Assembly: GCA_030704615.1 (NCBI GenBank)
Contig: CM060734.1
Location: 53,754,001-53,818,000 of the forward strand
DNA length: 64,000 nt
Direction of reading: 5' to 3'
From: Takakia lepidozioides
Lineage: Eukaryota > Plantae > Bryophyta
The position numbers and the translations under genes are program-made. The notes under the pieces were generated by a model. That model searched no databases. It had not been told where the DNA came from and saw nothing but the letters and a program-made list of their open reading frames with translations. Positions 13,426 through 25,707 of this stretch are shown in pieces (positions within the stretch are counted from its first letter, which is position 1; each line of letters starts with the position of its first letter).

Positions 13426-15014
13426 TCTTCTTCCTCCTCCTCCTCTGCTAAAACAGAGGATGGCCTCCTTAGGGTGTCTAGACCCAGGTTATAATATAAT
13501 GACCATATTGGATAGAGCCCACCCCCTCAAAGGGGCTGTACCCCACAAAGGGAAGAGGCTCTTATTTACGCTAGCTTCGGTTGGCGTCATATATATATAA
13601 TGACCACACCCTCTACTGCGGTTATGCATTGGGTTACGGCCAGATGACATCGTCCAACATTGCACCACGCCTCATCCTATGGGTAGGGTTATGCCAAAGG
13701 TTACGTGCATGGTCGATAAGTTGGGTCCTGTGCATATGGTATCTTTTAGGGTATAGGGTGGTTTTGGGTCCTACTCCACATGGGTACGATCCCGTACAGG
13801 GGATCCATCGAAGGTGGGTTGCCCAAAGACTCAATAGTCTCCGGGTATCACTTGGGTATCGCTTGTTGATCTAGTGAACTCTTTCTCGGGTGGATAACAT
13901 TCGACATACCGTACGGGCAAGGCAAGTTTGTAATTATCACGTTGAATTTGTGATGGAACATAAAAAATTGTAGTGGTTATTTTTTCCGTAGTGGTCTAAT
14001 CTGCAGTGGTTATTTTTTCCACTGATATGACTCTACTTTTATTTAATTTGATTAAAAGGGCCTCTATCCCCCTTTTATTAAAAAAAAAGATAATAAACAA
14101 CCACCATTGGTCTTTACGTAACTCAAATGATTTGGAGCTCAAATCTTACTACCTTGTTTGGTGTGGTATTGTGGCATTCGGGTCTGGGGTTCATTCTCAT
14201 GTTACGCCTCATGGCTCATACCCCCCCCCCCCTTAAGTTGTAAGAGGCCTGACTTGTGAGCTGAAGATATATTTAGAAAAGTCGGCTGACTGAGTCCGGA
14301 TATTCAGCTATTTCATCGCGGCATGTCATTTGTTACTGCCTCACGACATGGCAGCTCCACATAGTTTGTTTAGTAAATTAAGAAAATTTAAGATATATTT
14401 ATGAAATTGGAATTTTAGGATTTTAGACATTTGAGTTTGAGATTTATTCTATTTTTTGGAAAACAATTTATATTTTGGGGAAATGTTTAAGTTTTTATCA
14501 GGCATTTCAATTTTGAATTAATTTTGGCCATGCGGCCCGCCAGTCTGGACGGCCTGAGGGTACACCATGATAGCAACCAACTGTAAAAACACCATGTCAC
14601 AATCCCTCTAGATAGTCTATGTGTCGTTGCATACTAGGTATTTGATCTCACCATCAAAATGGTGGTCCCCTCTGTACTTTGATTCGATACCCTTCTTTCA
14701 TTTTTTACCATACATATCAAACTCACAAGTACTGAAAATAAAAATTGAGTTCCCTTCAATACTTCAAATAAAGCTTTAACGGACTTCCTCCCCTTTCCCC
14801 CAATTTTTTTTTAAAAAAAAAAAATGATTCATCGGTTTTGGCTTGAGTTGGCACAATTTTTCTATAAGTTAAGTGTTGTCATTTAATCCCAGTACATTAA
14901 TGACCCCCTTTCCAACTTTTTTTTTTTTGGATTGGCATCAGTGTTTTTTTTTCACTTTTCCAAAATCGCCAAAAAGGCTACACTACCCAGTGCCCATGTG
15001 ACAAGAGTAATGAG

Positions 15015-18000
15015 CACTACAACAGATGATCGTTTTTATGACTTCACATATGACTATTTTTTCAGTCTTATATGCGTTCATGACTACATCACTCTGTAGT
15101 GAAAAAAACCCTATCATAGCGACTAGTCTTTAGGATTGCGTTTTGCAAGTCATATCCGTGACTGCTTGCGTGGCACCTGGAGTCCTGCTGCAGAGAGGGA
15201 TGCAGTCACAACTATATGACTACATTGTTTGTTGAGCGCTGCCTACATGGAGAGGCTTCAGCGGGACACGTGCGCCACTGCGCAAGCAACACGTCATGCA
15301 TTCGTCAGGGGATCATATGACTATATGTCTACAAAGTGATGCATATATGGAGAGGCGACGGATAGACATGTGCGCCACTGCGAATTTGACATGTCACGAC
15401 TTCTTGCCATGAACATATGACTACATGTCTGCACAGTGATGCCTACATGGAGAGGTGCTAGCGGGACACGTGTGCTATGGCAGATTTCATACGTGGTGAC
15501 TACATGACTCGCTCATATGACTATAGGGATGTCTAAACGGAGAGTTGTTAGTGGGACACCTGTTGCACTTGAGATGTGACATGTGGCACACAGACAAAAT
15601 ATATGACTAGCATATATGACTACGGATCTTTACACGTGGTGAAAATATGGTTTGAGCAGGTGTGATGCCACGTGTCATCAAGATTGTTTTCCGAAATAGT
15701 TTATATTTTTAATGTTTATATTTTAATGTTTATATTTTAATTTTTAGTTTTTATTTAATGTTTAAAAGAACAGGGGATTGCAGCCTTGGAAAATTTTATT
15801 AAATGGCATTATTTTTAATATTATTATTTAAAATGAAAGTGGATTGAATGATTTAAATTCTTCATTACATGGTGAAATTCCAACATGAAAACAGAATGGA
15901 TCTCTCCTGCATACTATCAACCACAAGGAGAATGAAAATAGTCAACTACAAGGGAATACAAGCTTTGTAAACCACATTACAAAAATCCAAATGAGACCAA
16001 TGTCTCAATGGACACCCAACAATTCAGCCCATGTGTGGGCTTGCTTGTTTTTTGCTGGGCTTTTTGAGGCATGGATGTTTTGACCTTGTGGCCGTTCTGG
16101 TGCTATTAGAATCAAGAACTCTGTTAAATAGTGCACTACTGACTATCCCTTCTGCGGCTCCATAAGTTTCAGTAACTTTAGACTCCAAAGTGTTGTCTGG
16201 CCAACCACCTGCCCCAACTCGGTATGTTTCCTAACACCATTCACATATGGTAGAGGGGTGTTACTGACACATGTCTCTCTGATGTACACACAGGCATAAT
16301 CAAGGGGCACAGCGGGGTACCCGTAACCCACCACGTCAGCACCTTGAAGAGCAACAATTAACCCTACTCAAACTTTCTTGCATTTGGAGTTCACATCCAA
16401 CAGCCGAACCTCGTCACCCACCCTGAACTGTGATCCCAACTCCACACAAAAAAGAACATGATGTGAAAACCCATGACCTGCACACGACTAGGACACTCAA
16501 CATTTTCGAATTAAAGAGAGCCCCCAGGTTGGAAAAAATAAAACACACAAGACAAGGCCCTGGACTTACTCCATTTGCTCGAGAGGTTGCGAGACCTCTT
16601 TTGGGGGGCTACTCGCGGGATCGACACTCTTGCCCCTGGTCTGTACCGGCTTGTCGACAATATCACCTTTGTTTGTCATAAGTTCCTGTATCACAGACCA
16701 GAGAACAACCAGGAAAGCAATGAGCAAACAGGAACAGTGAAGAAAAAACAAAATCCAAGTATGAATCAAACAAAAAAAACCAACATGAAAACCTGCAAAG
16801 AAAACCTAGCATTAATCAAGCAACCGAGGAGAAGCATCCAAGAAAGCAATGCAATGAATGAAATCACAAAACTTGTAGCCTCTGGAGCACTGTCAGAATG
16901 TTTGTACCTTCACAGTAGTAGTGTTGTATGGTTGTTGTCCGAAAACAAGCTGAGACTCCAAAAACTTGGGAATACTGACAGCTTTTGATGCCTTCCACAA
17001 GAAAGGCCACAACACCTCTGTTAGATACTTCATCAGTTGGTGAATCTGGTTGCACTTTCCATGGCTCTGGAAAAATCCCACTGAAGGGAGGATTGTTTGC
17101 CGCCTTTCTTGGTGTGTCGTCAACAAGAACAGTGTCCTCATAAGTCCATTCTGGCCAGTCTGCCCACACTCTAGACAAGTTCTTGAAATATAATGGCTTT
17201 GAATCAGACCCCTTACGGCATGGGAGGACTGGATCCTCGTCACAGTGAAGGGCATCCCACTAGAAAACAAGCTTAGTATGGGCTGCAAAAATATAGTCCA
17301 CCATTGGGAAGAAATTGCGAGCTTGGCAACAAGACCACACCGCCACCTCAAAGTGTTCAAAATATTTTTGCAAAAAGTCATAACAGCGTGGTCTCAAAAC
17401 TACCATCTTCTTGCCACACATCTTCCCCATAAAACCTTTGGGAAGGGATGCGGGCCCATTAGCAGAATGAAAAGATTCACATAACATACCATTTAAGTAC
17501 ATAATTAGTAAATGTTTCCTCGCTGGTTCAGGAAGTAAACTGTCATTTGGCTTCAACATGTGAGTGGGAGAAATTAAAGCAACCTGCTTGTTTGTTTTGT
17601 CCCCGTCTGCATCTTCCTCCCCATTTAAACTCCCACATACCTGCATACCAGAATCCGGTGTGTCAGGCGGCTCTGTCACCAATATTGCCCCCTGGACTGC
17701 TACTGCCTTTGTACGTGGCAAGGGCTGAATTTCCACGTGCACCTCACAGCTCGCCTTCCCTGTATCCTGCTGCTACTCGGTCAAATTCAAACGATCATCA
17801 GTGACATGAAGACATAAGGGCTTAGACTGAGCACCAGTTATCGTCTGAAATTGGGATTCCAAACATTTTGATTCTGTCACAGCAGACGCATCCATCGTAG
17901 ATGTCACTGGTCCTGGGCCTGGTAGATTAATCCCTAATCTGGCCACAATGGCTTTCTGGTACTCAATCATGCTCTGCATCTGTAATTTTAAGTCTGCCAT

Positions 18001-19270
18001 GTCACGTCCACCAGTTTGTCCAAGCCATCCATCCTGCCAACTACTGTAGAATATGCGAGACTTCTCTCCTGCCAATCCATGAAAACTTGCCCAAGTATGA
18101 ATCAAACAAAAAGAACCTAGCATGAACAACGATTGGAAAGAAAACCCAGGCCAAAAGCCTTGAAAAAAACCCTAGCAACCTATGATGAAGCAACCACTCT
18201 AGCAAACGTGGAAAATACACTTACCCGCTTGTCGCTCCCAGCTGACAACCGCGACACTGAACCCTTTTGAAATGTAGGAGGGCACCCTGATAGGGTTTCT
18301 TGCAAATTAATTAATCCATGTCACAAACAAACCCATGCCACAAGTCAGTAAGCAATGTGAGGGCTGACTATATACACATAGCAATTCAATGAGGAACAAA
18401 ATACAGAGTCGTGATGATGCCACTTACCAAGTGTGCCTCCACCATTGTCTTCCCACCACGGCCAATCTTGGTAGGATTCTGAATTGCACCATTTGCCTTC
18501 TTCATGTTGCCCGACACTTTGTGGAACACCTCTGTCTGCCAGTAACTTACAAGCTTGTTCCATACCTCGTCGAATACAGTTATGGGTTTCCCCTTACCAC
18601 CCAACCACGCAGTGTGTGCTTTATAACGCTGGCTCTTCATTATTCTGCCAATTGTTTGTTTTAGGTGGAAGTCTTTTAACTTGTGTGGCGTATATGAAAA
18701 TAGCTTAGCCAGGTGATCTCTGATTTCGTATACAAGTTCATCAGGTTGGTTGTTGATGGCAAGGGAACAATCTAGCTTGCAATAAGCCTGTCCTTTAAGG
18801 GCAGCGTGCCATACATTCCGGGTCTGACCATACAGGGCTCCTTTGAGGTTCGTCACAATCACCGTGGGAGGAAGACTTGCAGCTATTTTCTCTTCCTTCA
18901 CCTTGGCAGCTTCAATTTTGGCTGAGCTATTAGCCCTCCTTAAAGCATTGGTTCTATCATTCTTTGCAACGGCACCCTCCCCTCCTTCAGAGACCTCCGT
19001 GCGCACAGGAGAATTCACAGCAGGATCCTGCCAAGTAGGGACTGGTGGCCATGGCTGTTGGCCAGAAGGCCGAGAATCGTACTGGCCATACTGTCCATAA
19101 GCAGGAGGATATTCTGGTGGCCTGCCACCCCCATAGCTATTAGGGGGTGGCAAATATGGTGGAGGATGATACTGACCATACTGCCCATATGGAGGAGCAC
19201 TACCATATTGACCCTGACCATACTGCTGCCCTGCCCCGTGGGATTGTTCGTGTGACGGTACGTCTGGGCG
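15015..19270 (-). mobile_element. Truncated CACTA/En-Spm element carrying a TnpA-like pseudogene with an embedded FCP1/NIF (HAD) domain
   Basis: CACTACAA terminus at 15015 followed by catatgacta subterminal repeats (15040-15625). Ptta/En-Spm-like exon 18426-19153 (VWNKLVSYWQTE...SGNMKKAN...GRGG). C-terminal Tnp1-like exon 16143-16430 (VPLDYACV...LPY...ELGQVVGQTTLW). Confidence 0.75.
16893..17742 (-). pseudogene. FCP1/NIF-like HAD phosphatase domain inside the CACTA gene (TAG at 17260-17262, later frameshift)
   Basis: LLIMYLNGML...VLRPRCYDFL..FEHFEVAVWS...W...C...FKNLSRVW...TVLVDDTPRKAANNPPFSGIFP. Confidence 0.75.
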
Positions 19271-20641
19271 TTGATTGTCCCGTAGTTAGCACATAAAGGC
19301 TATGAAGGCACATAAAGGCCCTTATATACCCTGATTAGATATATCCTTCATTTTAACATATACCCTTCAGGAAAGTAGGGTATATTGAGGGTCTTGATGC
19401 AGGTAAATATAAGGATAAGGGTATATCATAAAAATACACCCTGATATAAGGGTATATATCCGGGTACCTAAACTTGCCACACCAGGGTATATATATATCA
19501 ATATACCCTGATATACCCAGCGGGTATATCAGGGTAATTCATATGCCCGCCCAACACTGGTAATCCCCTCCACTGGGAGGCTTATACCCTACACGTATAT
19601 TACTATTCTTATGACAAATATTTTGAGAGAGAGATGCTGACTCAACCCTTGGCGATATGTTCATCCATAAGCTACAGAATTCATCCCAAATTCTCGCACC
19701 TCACCTGCAGGATCATTCATCCAGTATGCGAGGCCTTACATGCCGGCATGCTGCCACGTGGCCTCCGTGGATTCCCTGTGAGTCGAGATCAAATATAAAT
19801 ATAAGCGGGAGCGCCTCGAAGGAAGGGCAGCAGCAACTTGTCTTGGTGACCCATTCAACTTTTGGCCACTTGCTACCTAACGGTTGGTCAAACCCATTGC
19901 CCAGATTACCTTACATTTCAGTCACGTGGAAGCTCTTGAGGGTACTCTCTAACCTTTGTTCAGCAATTTCCTGCGAGCAATGTTGAAAATGTGATTATGC
20001 ACCTTAGGACCAATGTATCCGTCCATCTATCGTACATCCATTAGAAAGCGCATCCATCCACAGCTGCCTGCCTATAACAAGCGGAGTGTGAATGGAGCGC
20101 CAAGTTATCCCCGCGTCTTCATCTTCTTCCTCTCTCTTCGTCGCTGCGTGCAAGGCCGGGGACACATCAACACATCTGCGTACGATCTAGTACCTAAGAC
20201 TGCCAGTTCCAGATTCCTCAAGTGATTTTCTGTCGTATCTTAGCTGTGGTCCTCATGGACATTCTAGATCGAGAAAAATGAGAGAAGTACAGCTAATTGA
20301 ACTGCAATTCTTGGTCTTGAATGAGGTAGTAGGGAAAGCTTCAGTAAAGAGGAGTTAAGATACAGGAGTTCCATGGCACCGTGGCCCTCGCCTTGCTCCC
20401 TCTTTGTCCTGACTAGAAATGCCGACCGTTTCTTCAGCGCATGCAGTGACCGCCTTAGGACGTATTTACGTGTACGGAGATTACTGGTCAGAACGAGGTT
20501 AGATGAGCTACTTGGCTCGGTAGGGAAGTCAGGAAGCGGCGGATTCGTAGTCAATATAAAAGCCGGTGCAGCAATTTTAGGCACATTAGGTGTAGCTTTG
20601 ATAGTAACGAGTGCTGTATACATTGGAGTGTTCTGCCAAGA

Positions 20642-22703
20642 AATGTTAGAGATGCAGTGGATTGAGCTCCAAATCCGCGATCTTAGGACCAGTCACAGAA
20701 TAAGATTGAGAGGAGAAATCAGCAGTAAGGCCAGAGATGATGGTCTGGTGCCGATGCGGATTCGAGAGGGGAGACTGGGTAACGGAGACCATTTCACTTT
20801 GTTACTGTTCGCAAATATAGTCCTGATCTTTGTGAGCTGCATGGCTATCGTGGTTGTTTGGCTAGGAGAAGGGGGTTCTGCGTGGAGCGTCTCACGTATT
20901 TGCGCCAAACTAAGAATTCATACGCCAAAAGGGCCACGGGGATGGCCAGTGCTTGGTAGCTGGATGGAGATGCGAAGCAATATCCCGCACAGGAAGCTGG
21001 CAACGCTGGCTAGGCAGCACGGAACCTCTACACATAGGTTGATGTCTCTGAGTGTTGGATGCACACGCATCGTAGTGACCTCAGATCCCACCATAGCTAA
21101 GGACATTCTCCGAAGTGCAGCGTTTGCTGAGCGGCCACTAAAACAAGCAGCAATGCATCTCCATTTTTCTCGGGCAATGGGATTTGCGGTCCAAGGACCC
21201 TACTGGCTGCGCCTGCGGCAGATAGCGTCTTCTCATCTGTTCTCTCCCAAGCAAATAACTGTCCACCATGTTGCTCTCCAGCGCGAAACCTCACGCATGC
21301 TTCTGTCCGTTGCTCAAGCCTGCGACCTACATCACACACTGGCTACGGATTCTACTGTAATCGCTCGAAATGAGATTTGTCTGCGGCCATACCTGCAGCG
21401 TGCAGCTGTTAACAACATTATGAGCCTTGTTTTTGGGAGGCACTATGAATTTGATAAATCCTGTAAAGAAGCGGAGGAGTTGGAGGCCATGATTCGCGAA
21501 GGGTTTGAGGTGCTAGGTGCCTTTAACTGGGCCGACCACTTGCCTGTTTTGTGCCATCTTCAATTCCTCCCCTTCTCCATGCGCTGCACAAAGTTGATGG
21601 TGAAGGTGGAATCTTTTGTACTATCGAGAATCAATGAACATCGTTGCCGCGACCGCAGTTCAAATACTGCTAAGCCAGCTCCTGACTTTGTGGACGTGCT
21701 ACTCTCACTTGACGACGAATACAAGCTATCTGATTCAGACATGACCTCAGTACTTTGGGTAAATCTTCATTATTTTCTGTTATCTATTTATGTGTGTGTG
21801 TCGAACCTTCGTCTCTGTCTGCATTTCAATCCAACGCATGCATAGAGCATATATCCACATGTTACAAAACGAACTGAATCTATGTGACTCAATGAATAGT
21901 AGAATCATCGTAGAGAGAGCGACTCGGACCATTATGGTTGTAGCACGTAACATTTTGCAGTCTACGGTTTCGAATACTGTAGCAATATATGTCTGTACTG
22001 CCAGTGATGGTGCCAACACATTTCATGTTTAAACATCAGAAAGCTGATGCAGTGTACGTGAGACTGTAATGTCCAGGAGATGTTATTTAGGGGCACAGAC
22101 ACCATAGCTGTTCTCACAGAGTGGGCCCTTGCCGAGGTGATTTTACGTCCGGAGATACAGAAGAGGATCCAGGAAGAATTAGATGAGGTGGTGGGAATGG
22201 ACCGAATAGTGGAGGTCAAAGATATTGCACGATTGCCATACCTCCAAGCTTTTCTAACAGAAACCTTACGTTGCCATCCACCCGGACCTCTACTTTCCTG
22301 GGCACGCCTGGCGACTGAGAATGTGAAGCTGGGAGGATACGATATTCCCAAGGGCACCACCGCCATGGTCAATATGTGGGCCATCACTCATGACCCTTCT
22401 ATATGGAGGGATCCTGATGTATTCAATCCCTCTCGGTTTCTGGAGAAGGAGGGAGGTTTATATATTGACGTTAGGGGGGCAGATTTGCGCTTGGCTCCCT
22501 TTGGTTCGGGAAGGCGCGTATGTCCTGGTCGAGCTTTAGGCATAGCCACTTCAGAGCTCTGGCTAGCTCGGTTGCTCCACCACTTTTCATGGTCAGCAGC
22601 ACCTGACCATCCCGTGGATCTTACAGAAGACCTCAAGCTGTCGTGTGAAATGGCTTCTCCTTTGCACGCAACTCCCACCCGTCGACTCTGGAGTCCGATT
22701 TGA
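20642..22703 (+). CDS. CYP78A: Cytochrome P450, CYP78A (KLUH-like) family; exon 1 ends at 21758, exon 2 is 22077-22703; start codon uncertain (frame open from 20373)
   Basis: [34 protein letters not shown]|EMLFRGTDT (CYP78 I-helix with a single intron), [28 protein letters not shown] heme motif. Confidence 0.93.
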
Positions 22704-23679
22704 AGTCCAACGGGAGCCATTCGCAGGGAAAAGAGTACGTTATGGTTTCGTTGAACTGTTTCTGTGGACGTCATACCATTGTACATCATACTAGATTGCG
22801 GTCAATTGTTCGATTGTACACTAAGTACAAGTTTCCTGTTTAAAAAGAGAAGGTTCTGTTCCACACTCTTGTGGTAGTCCATGTAAAGCTCACATACTTT
22901 AATGTGTATCGAGTTATTAGAATGACTGCAGACACCTTATAGCGATCTCTGTGATAAATTGAATTCTTTAAAATACAGCTTTCACTTGTTCATTCCACTT
23001 GTTCACTCCACTTTTTCAGTTGTAGTTGTAGTTCTACTTGCTCCTTGTAGTTAGTCACCGGACCCTCTGATCAGGAGTAAATATTTGTCGTTTCAAAAAC
23101 GGTCAACCTGCCAAACCGACAACAAGGAAGGTTTCACTACTTCTAGACTGACAGTAACATTCAGTTTACCCCACCTCCAACTGGATCATGTGATCAACTT
23201 CATCAATAATCGTGAGTTCAAAGCTCCATCGCTGGTATGTTCTGCTTAAATTTGGAATCAAGAAAGATAAGCAAGTATGTTTGTGACGTGCACAATATCT
23301 GAATCACAGCATTTCTTACCTACACATTTTGTTGTTGGTTTCACAGGCTGTTCATAGTGAAGTTTGAAAGTGAGCACAATAAACTTTCATGTATTGAATG
23401 AATGAATGAATGCCTTCAAGGTCGAACTATTCGAACAACAATTACTGGTTGGAAAGTCCACAAGGACTGGGGAAGAAGCCGTGCTAGTGCTAGTTGCAAT
23501 GCTGACTTTTGCCAGTATAGCAAGCCTCAATGGAAGAGCATAATGCTGAGATTAGTGGTTCATTACCACCGTATCCTGGTGGTGTAAGGAAGGGCAGCTT
23601 GCTAAAACATAGAGTGATATTGACTATCAGCTCATGCGGTCCTGAGGAGGTAGCCTCTTTGTTTGATCCCCAAGTTTTT

Positions 23680-24361
23680 TCAGATGCCAAAAAGCATACC
23701 GGGTCTAGTTTCAAATGTTGTGTCTCGGGTGAGAAATCCCAGTGCTTGCTCATAAACTCCCTCTTCTTTGTTGGGGAAGTGTGCAGTGCGGCTGCTAATG
23801 ACTTGCAACAGTTTTGTCTGTGGCTCCAGCAGCATTGTGATGGCCTTGGACACAAGACTGGCATTTGTGACTGCTGGTGGAGGAGGCCTCATTATGTCTC
23901 GCAGACGTGCACTCATCTGCACCAATCACAACCATGAGAGAACACCCTAGATACACCCTCAGCTGTTGTAGTGGTAAAGCAGTCCCTCTGAAGGTAATGA
24001 ATGTGGGGGCGTGGGGGGGAGCGAGAGAGAATGTACTCATAAGATGTTGTTTGCCGTAGCCTTGTGGGCACAGACCCTGCGCCCAGTTTGGGCGGAACAA
24101 AGGGGACCAGAAACTACCTTTGTGAGGGGCTCACTCCGGTAGTCTGGCTTACCTTGGTATAGAAAATTAGTTCGGCTTTCCAGATATCCTCTAGGTAGCC
24201 CTTCAAGCAAGCATCAATCTGCTGTGTGTGAGCAGCCCAAAAGTTAGACCCAACAAGCCAGGGCTTTGGGCTCAGCCTCAAGATTTTGAGAGTTGGTGAA
24301 CAGAGGTGCCGGGACAATGTTCTTGATTGTCCTGAAGAGGGTCACTCTCTGGTGTGCGCGC

Positions 24362-24399
<38 letters not shown>

Positions 24400-25664
24400 A
24401 TGGTTAGTGGTGTGGTCATACCAGGGCTACTACAGATCCCATGAGAACTCTAAAGTTAAGCATTTTTTGCCCGGAATAGTACTGGGATGGTGACCTCCGG
24501 GGAAGTCCCGCTGCTGCACCCCCACTACTGTATCAGAACTTTTGTTCCACTCAAACTGGGCGCGGGGTCAATGGCCACAAGGCTACGGCAAAACGTCTTA
24601 TGAGAGAGAGAGAGAGAGAGATTGTACTCATAAGACGTTGTTTGCCGTAGCCTTGTGGCCATTGACCCCGCACCCAGTTTGAGCGGGAACAAAAGGGACA
24701 GAACCTACCTCTGTCAGGGGCTGACGTTGGTAGTAAGACTTACCTCCATATATAGAATTAATCCGGGTTTTCCAGATATCCTCTAGAAATCCCTTCACAC
24801 AAGCATCAATCTGCTGTGTGTGATTTGCCCAAAAACTAGGCCTCAGGAGGGCCTGGGCTTTTGGCTCAGCTTCGAGACTTTCAAAGTTGGTAAACAGGGG
24901 TACAGGCACAATACCCTTAATAGATTTGAAGAGAGCGTCTCTTTGGTGAGAGAACCCCGGACAGTGTATCAGAAAATGAATACTGTCTTCAGATTGCCCA
25001 CACAACGGGCAATTGCACTCTCCCTTTCCTCTCTGCTTCTGTTTGCTGTTCAAAGGTAGGCTTCCTGCCCTGAGTTTAAATTTCAGTCTAGTGCCGAGAG
25101 TGGGTAGACCCTTGGGGTCATCCAAGATGTCCTCCCCCATGTCACAGACTGGAAACAAGTTCAGGGAAGTTTTCTGCCTAACTTCATTTTCATCAGACAA
25201 TCTCATGGCAACACACATGGCTGAGGACACTACAGCCTCTAAGTCAGATTTATCCAGCAGGGTCAAGACTTGCGGATCCAGGTCCAGGTCCTTGAGGATC
25301 TCTTCTACTCTCTTCTGCCAGGACTTAGCCTGTTTGACAGGGCGGTCCTGTTTCCAAGATATAGAGTTGATTAACTTAGGATATCTGGTGTTGGGCATAT
25401 GTTGCAGCTGACCCCACCATCTGACCTTGAATTCATCTCGTCGGGAGCTTAAGGACGGAATGCCAAACTCACCCTGAACAGCCACATTGGCTGTTTTGGA
25501 GCATGCTGACATACACTCCTTAAGCACCCCCACTTGAATGGATTCTAGAGACTTAGCCTGGTTGGAGTTATCAACCCATATAGCAGATCCGTACTCCAAG
25601 GCAGGTCTAATAACGCGACAAAGCATGGTTTTCTTAACCTCAGAGTTGACCCCTCTGCAGTGGA

Positions 25665-25707
<43 letters not shown>

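Larger units (their letters stand above)
11641..19559. mobile_element. Pair of hAT-like terminal inverted repeats (CAGTGTTGGGCGGG) bracketing ~7.9 kb of nested TE fragments
   Basis: Perfect 14-bp inverted match between 11641-11654 and 19546-19559. Both ends have gggtat/ataccc subterminal repeats. No matching 8-bp TSD. Confidence 0.5.

Noticed and set aside
24409-24522. Functional 5S rRNA gene
   Set aside because: Solitary, intronic, carries deletions, lacks an adjacent oligo-T terminator and is fused to a LINE tail.
24620-24690. Penelope element or hammerhead ribozyme in the LINE tail (because of the inverted tail arrangement)
   Set aside because: No CUGANGA/GAAA core and no GIY-YIG domain. 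The protein has a LINE-type RT thumb and CCHC finger.
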